A stretch of 62,634 nt of DNA, the filler included, from Choristocarpus tenellus KU-1152 (Eukaryota; Protista; Phaeophyceae): assembly GCA_964200185.2 (NCBI GenBank). It is 13 parts of 13 records of this genome, joined end to end, with 100 filler letters (N's around TTAATTAATTAA, not from the genome) between each part and the next. Parts side by side here need not be neighbours in the genome. Positions count along the whole stretch, not along the records: positions 60,046 to 62,634 come from CAXNAD020026494.1; 12 more parts are not named here. One strand, 5' to 3'. Positions within the stretch are counted from its first letter, which is position 1; each line of letters starts with the position of its first letter. The notes below the pieces were generated by a model. It searched no databases, was not told the origin of the DNA, and saw only the letters and a program-made list of their open reading frames with translations. Both the position numbers and the translations under genes were made by a program. Below are positions 60,530 to 62,634 of the stretch, piece after piece.

Positions 60530-61480
60530 AGCTCCGAGAGATCCGTCGGACCACCCTGAGATCCATGATCCAGAAAAAACGTGCATTAGGGTTTTCGGAA
60601 GTTTTAATTACGATTGTATCCGTACTTACAATTTTTTTAAATACAAAGCACATACTGTACTTCCAAAAAAAAAAAATCATATTAAAAATAATTAAATTGA
60701 TTTAATAAAAACTCCAGAAATATTATTTTTTTTAAACAAAAAATAATTACTTTATTCTATTTTAATAATTTTTTTGGTAATTTAGAATATGTATTTAAAT
60801 ATTTTTTAATTGATCTTGTATGTTTCCAATGTTCCGAAACCAAAAGGTTAAAAAAAAACTGACACCCTCTAATTGTTTTAAGACAAAATCTTAAATTGTT
60901 GGACATTTGTATTCTTAAAAATACTAGAGATGACAAAAAGCGGCTCTTCAGTTTCGGTGATCCGATCGGATCACCTGAACTCAAGAACACCCAAAACACG
61001 TGCATTAGGATTTTTAGAAATAGTAAATCCTATTATAAGCGTTCTTACCATTTTTGAAATACAAAGCATATACTTTATAGGTCTCACACGTTTCCAATGT
61101 TCAGAAACTAAAAGGTCACTTTCAACTGGTACCCTACAATTTATTTATGTACTAAAACCACTTTTTGTCGACTTTAGGATTCTTAAAAATGCTAGAGACG
61201 AAAAAAAGCGGCTCTAGATTTTTATTGATATCGGATCAATAAAACTATTGAAGAGCCAAAACACCTGCGTTAGGGCTTTTACGAAATAATAATAATATTC
61301 TAATCTTTATATCAACAAATAAAAATACAAACCACATACTTCATTGATTCAATACGTTTGAAACGTACGAAACAAAAAGGTCACAAAAAACCTATACTCT
61401 CTATCTCTTTTCAATATGAAATCGTATGCTGTTCGATATTCGTGTTTTTCAGAACACAATTATTAACGGAATGAGAAATC
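60530..61480. repeat. Three diverged ~267-bp tandem units inside the TIR element
   Basis: Anchors AAAAC(AC)GTGCATTAGG-like at ~60576, ~60993, ~61258 and AAAAAGCGGCTCT at ~60935, ~61203; unit 1 carries a ~150-bp AT-rich insert. Confidence 0.85.
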
Positions 61481-61731
61481 TGAGTTTTGAGGACCGACCG
61501 ACCAGATGAAATAAAGCAGCACCTCCCAGCCCTCACTCCTCATTTCAATTCCTTCCCTTCTGTACATACCACGCACACCTGTTATTTATCGATCCCCGTC
61601 GCACCCTTCCAATCTTCGCCATGTCCAGCATTCGCTCAACAACAATCCACCCGCCCACCGAGGATTGAGATCATGGTACAGTAATCTGAAGGGAACGTCC
61701 TTGCTCCTAGAACATCACTGCCTCAGCACAT

Positions 61732-62003
61732 GAGTTGAAGTATCTTAGAGGGTAAAGCCACGTCTGTTTGGGGGCCAAACTCCAATGTTGATATTTTGAT
61801 GAAATTTTGGATTTTGTGTTTGTCAGGAAGTGTCAATATCCTTGTTCCGAACATATACATGATCTGTACTCCAAAATGGTATAACATCTTTAACTACTCC
61901 GAAACATTTTGGTACAGGAAAATGTCTTTAAAAAATTGTGGGAAGTCAAGCACACAAACAGACAAACAGGGCAAAATTCGTACCCTCTAAGATACTTTCA
62001 CTC
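61732..62003 (+). mobile_element. MITE family A with TSD CAT, nested in the 61-bp-TIR element
   Basis: CAT|GAGTTGAAGTATCTTAGAGGGTA ... TACCCTCTAAGATACTTTCACTC|CAT. Confidence 0.9.
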
Positions 62004-62045
62004 CATACTAGATGAAACTCGGCAACATCACATGCACGGACAGAG

Positions 62046-62333
62046 ATGGTGCGTTCCCTGAGCGAGCGTGGCCTTGCGCACGTCAGCAAGTCCATCCGTG
62101 AAAAAGGCTGGCTGGAGCAGTATGCTCCGTCTGTCGTCATCCAACGAGACAACTTAGGCAAAGGGAACCAGCTCACCGCCGAAACTGCGCTTGCCATTCA
62201 AGGACGAACACTGGACAGAAAACATAGAATAACGGTGCTGAAGAGAGAGTTTGATCCCGAACGCGCTTTCATGACGCGGGTCTACATGGAGTTCAACCAA
62301 GCAGAAGAGAGGCTAATTGCCAACGGTGGGTAA
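62046..62333 (+). CDS. Hypothetical 95-aa ORF inside the TIR element (possible transposase or cargo fragment)
   Basis: ATG to TAA, protein-like composition, higher GC than the flanking repeats; no family recognised. Confidence 0.35.
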   Translation: MVRSLSERGLAHVSKSIREKGWLEQYAPSVVIQRDNLGKGNQLTAETALAIQGRTLDRKHRITVLKREFDPERAFMTRVYMEFNQAEERLIANGG

Positions 62334-62634
62334 TGGAGTGTTGTCGTTGTTCCATGATCGCCTGATGACTCTTCTGATCTAACAAGTTGTTACCGAGTTT
62401 CCTTTGTTTGGTTCATCGTCAGTCAGCCCATTATTGATCTTTTTGTTGTTGATCTTTTTTATCCCTCGTGGTTTTTCTGTTGACAGCAACATGTTGCTCA
62501 CTACTGCCTGCCGCGTGTATCCCGCGACCGCTTCCCACCAACGCCTTGCCCCTTTTGCCCACTACGATATGTTACAAGTCCAACAAGTTGCCCGAGAAAA
62601 TAGATAAATGTAGATCGGCATATCTGACAGGGTG

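Larger units (their letters stand above)
60381..62634. mobile_element. ~2.25-kb non-autonomous TIR DNA element with 61-bp TIRs
   Basis: 60381-60441 (CACCCTGTCAGATACACCGATCTACATTTATCTATTTTCTCGGGCAAGTTGTTGGACTTGT) is the reverse complement of 62574-62634 at 58/61 positions. Confidence 0.85.

Overview
Eukaryotic, intron-rich draft-genome DNA, most consistent with a photosynthetic stramenopile (brown-alga-like: bipartite ..AF.. plastid presequences, a bZIP-PAS factor, TTAGGG dimers); this taxonomy is inference. The window is 13 short contigs joined by an artificial 100-bp linker (44 N + TTAATTAATTAA + 44 N), so neighbourhood across gaps is not meaningful. Nine spliced genes were rebuilt by hand with phase-consistent introns: a bZIP-PAS transcription factor, a plastid saccharopine-dehydrogenase-like protein, a signal-peptide-bearing proteasome alpha5-like subunit, a class 3 lipase, a pseudo-receiver protein, a two-domain MYB/SANT protein, a Tat-targeted thylakoid lumen protein, a CAMK-like kinase and a degenerate RelA/SpoT-like domain protein. 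Four of the 28 reconstructed introns use GC donors. The rest is mobile DNA. Four MITE families share GAGYCAAA termini and 3-bp target duplications (PIF/Harbinger-like). A 2.25-kb element has 61-bp TIRs and internal ~267-bp repeats. There are also decayed hAT, Harbinger, DIRS-like, RTE/LINE and Copia relics and several minisatellites. No rRNA, tRNA or CRISPR array was seen. All family calls come from motif recognition by eye, not from database searches.
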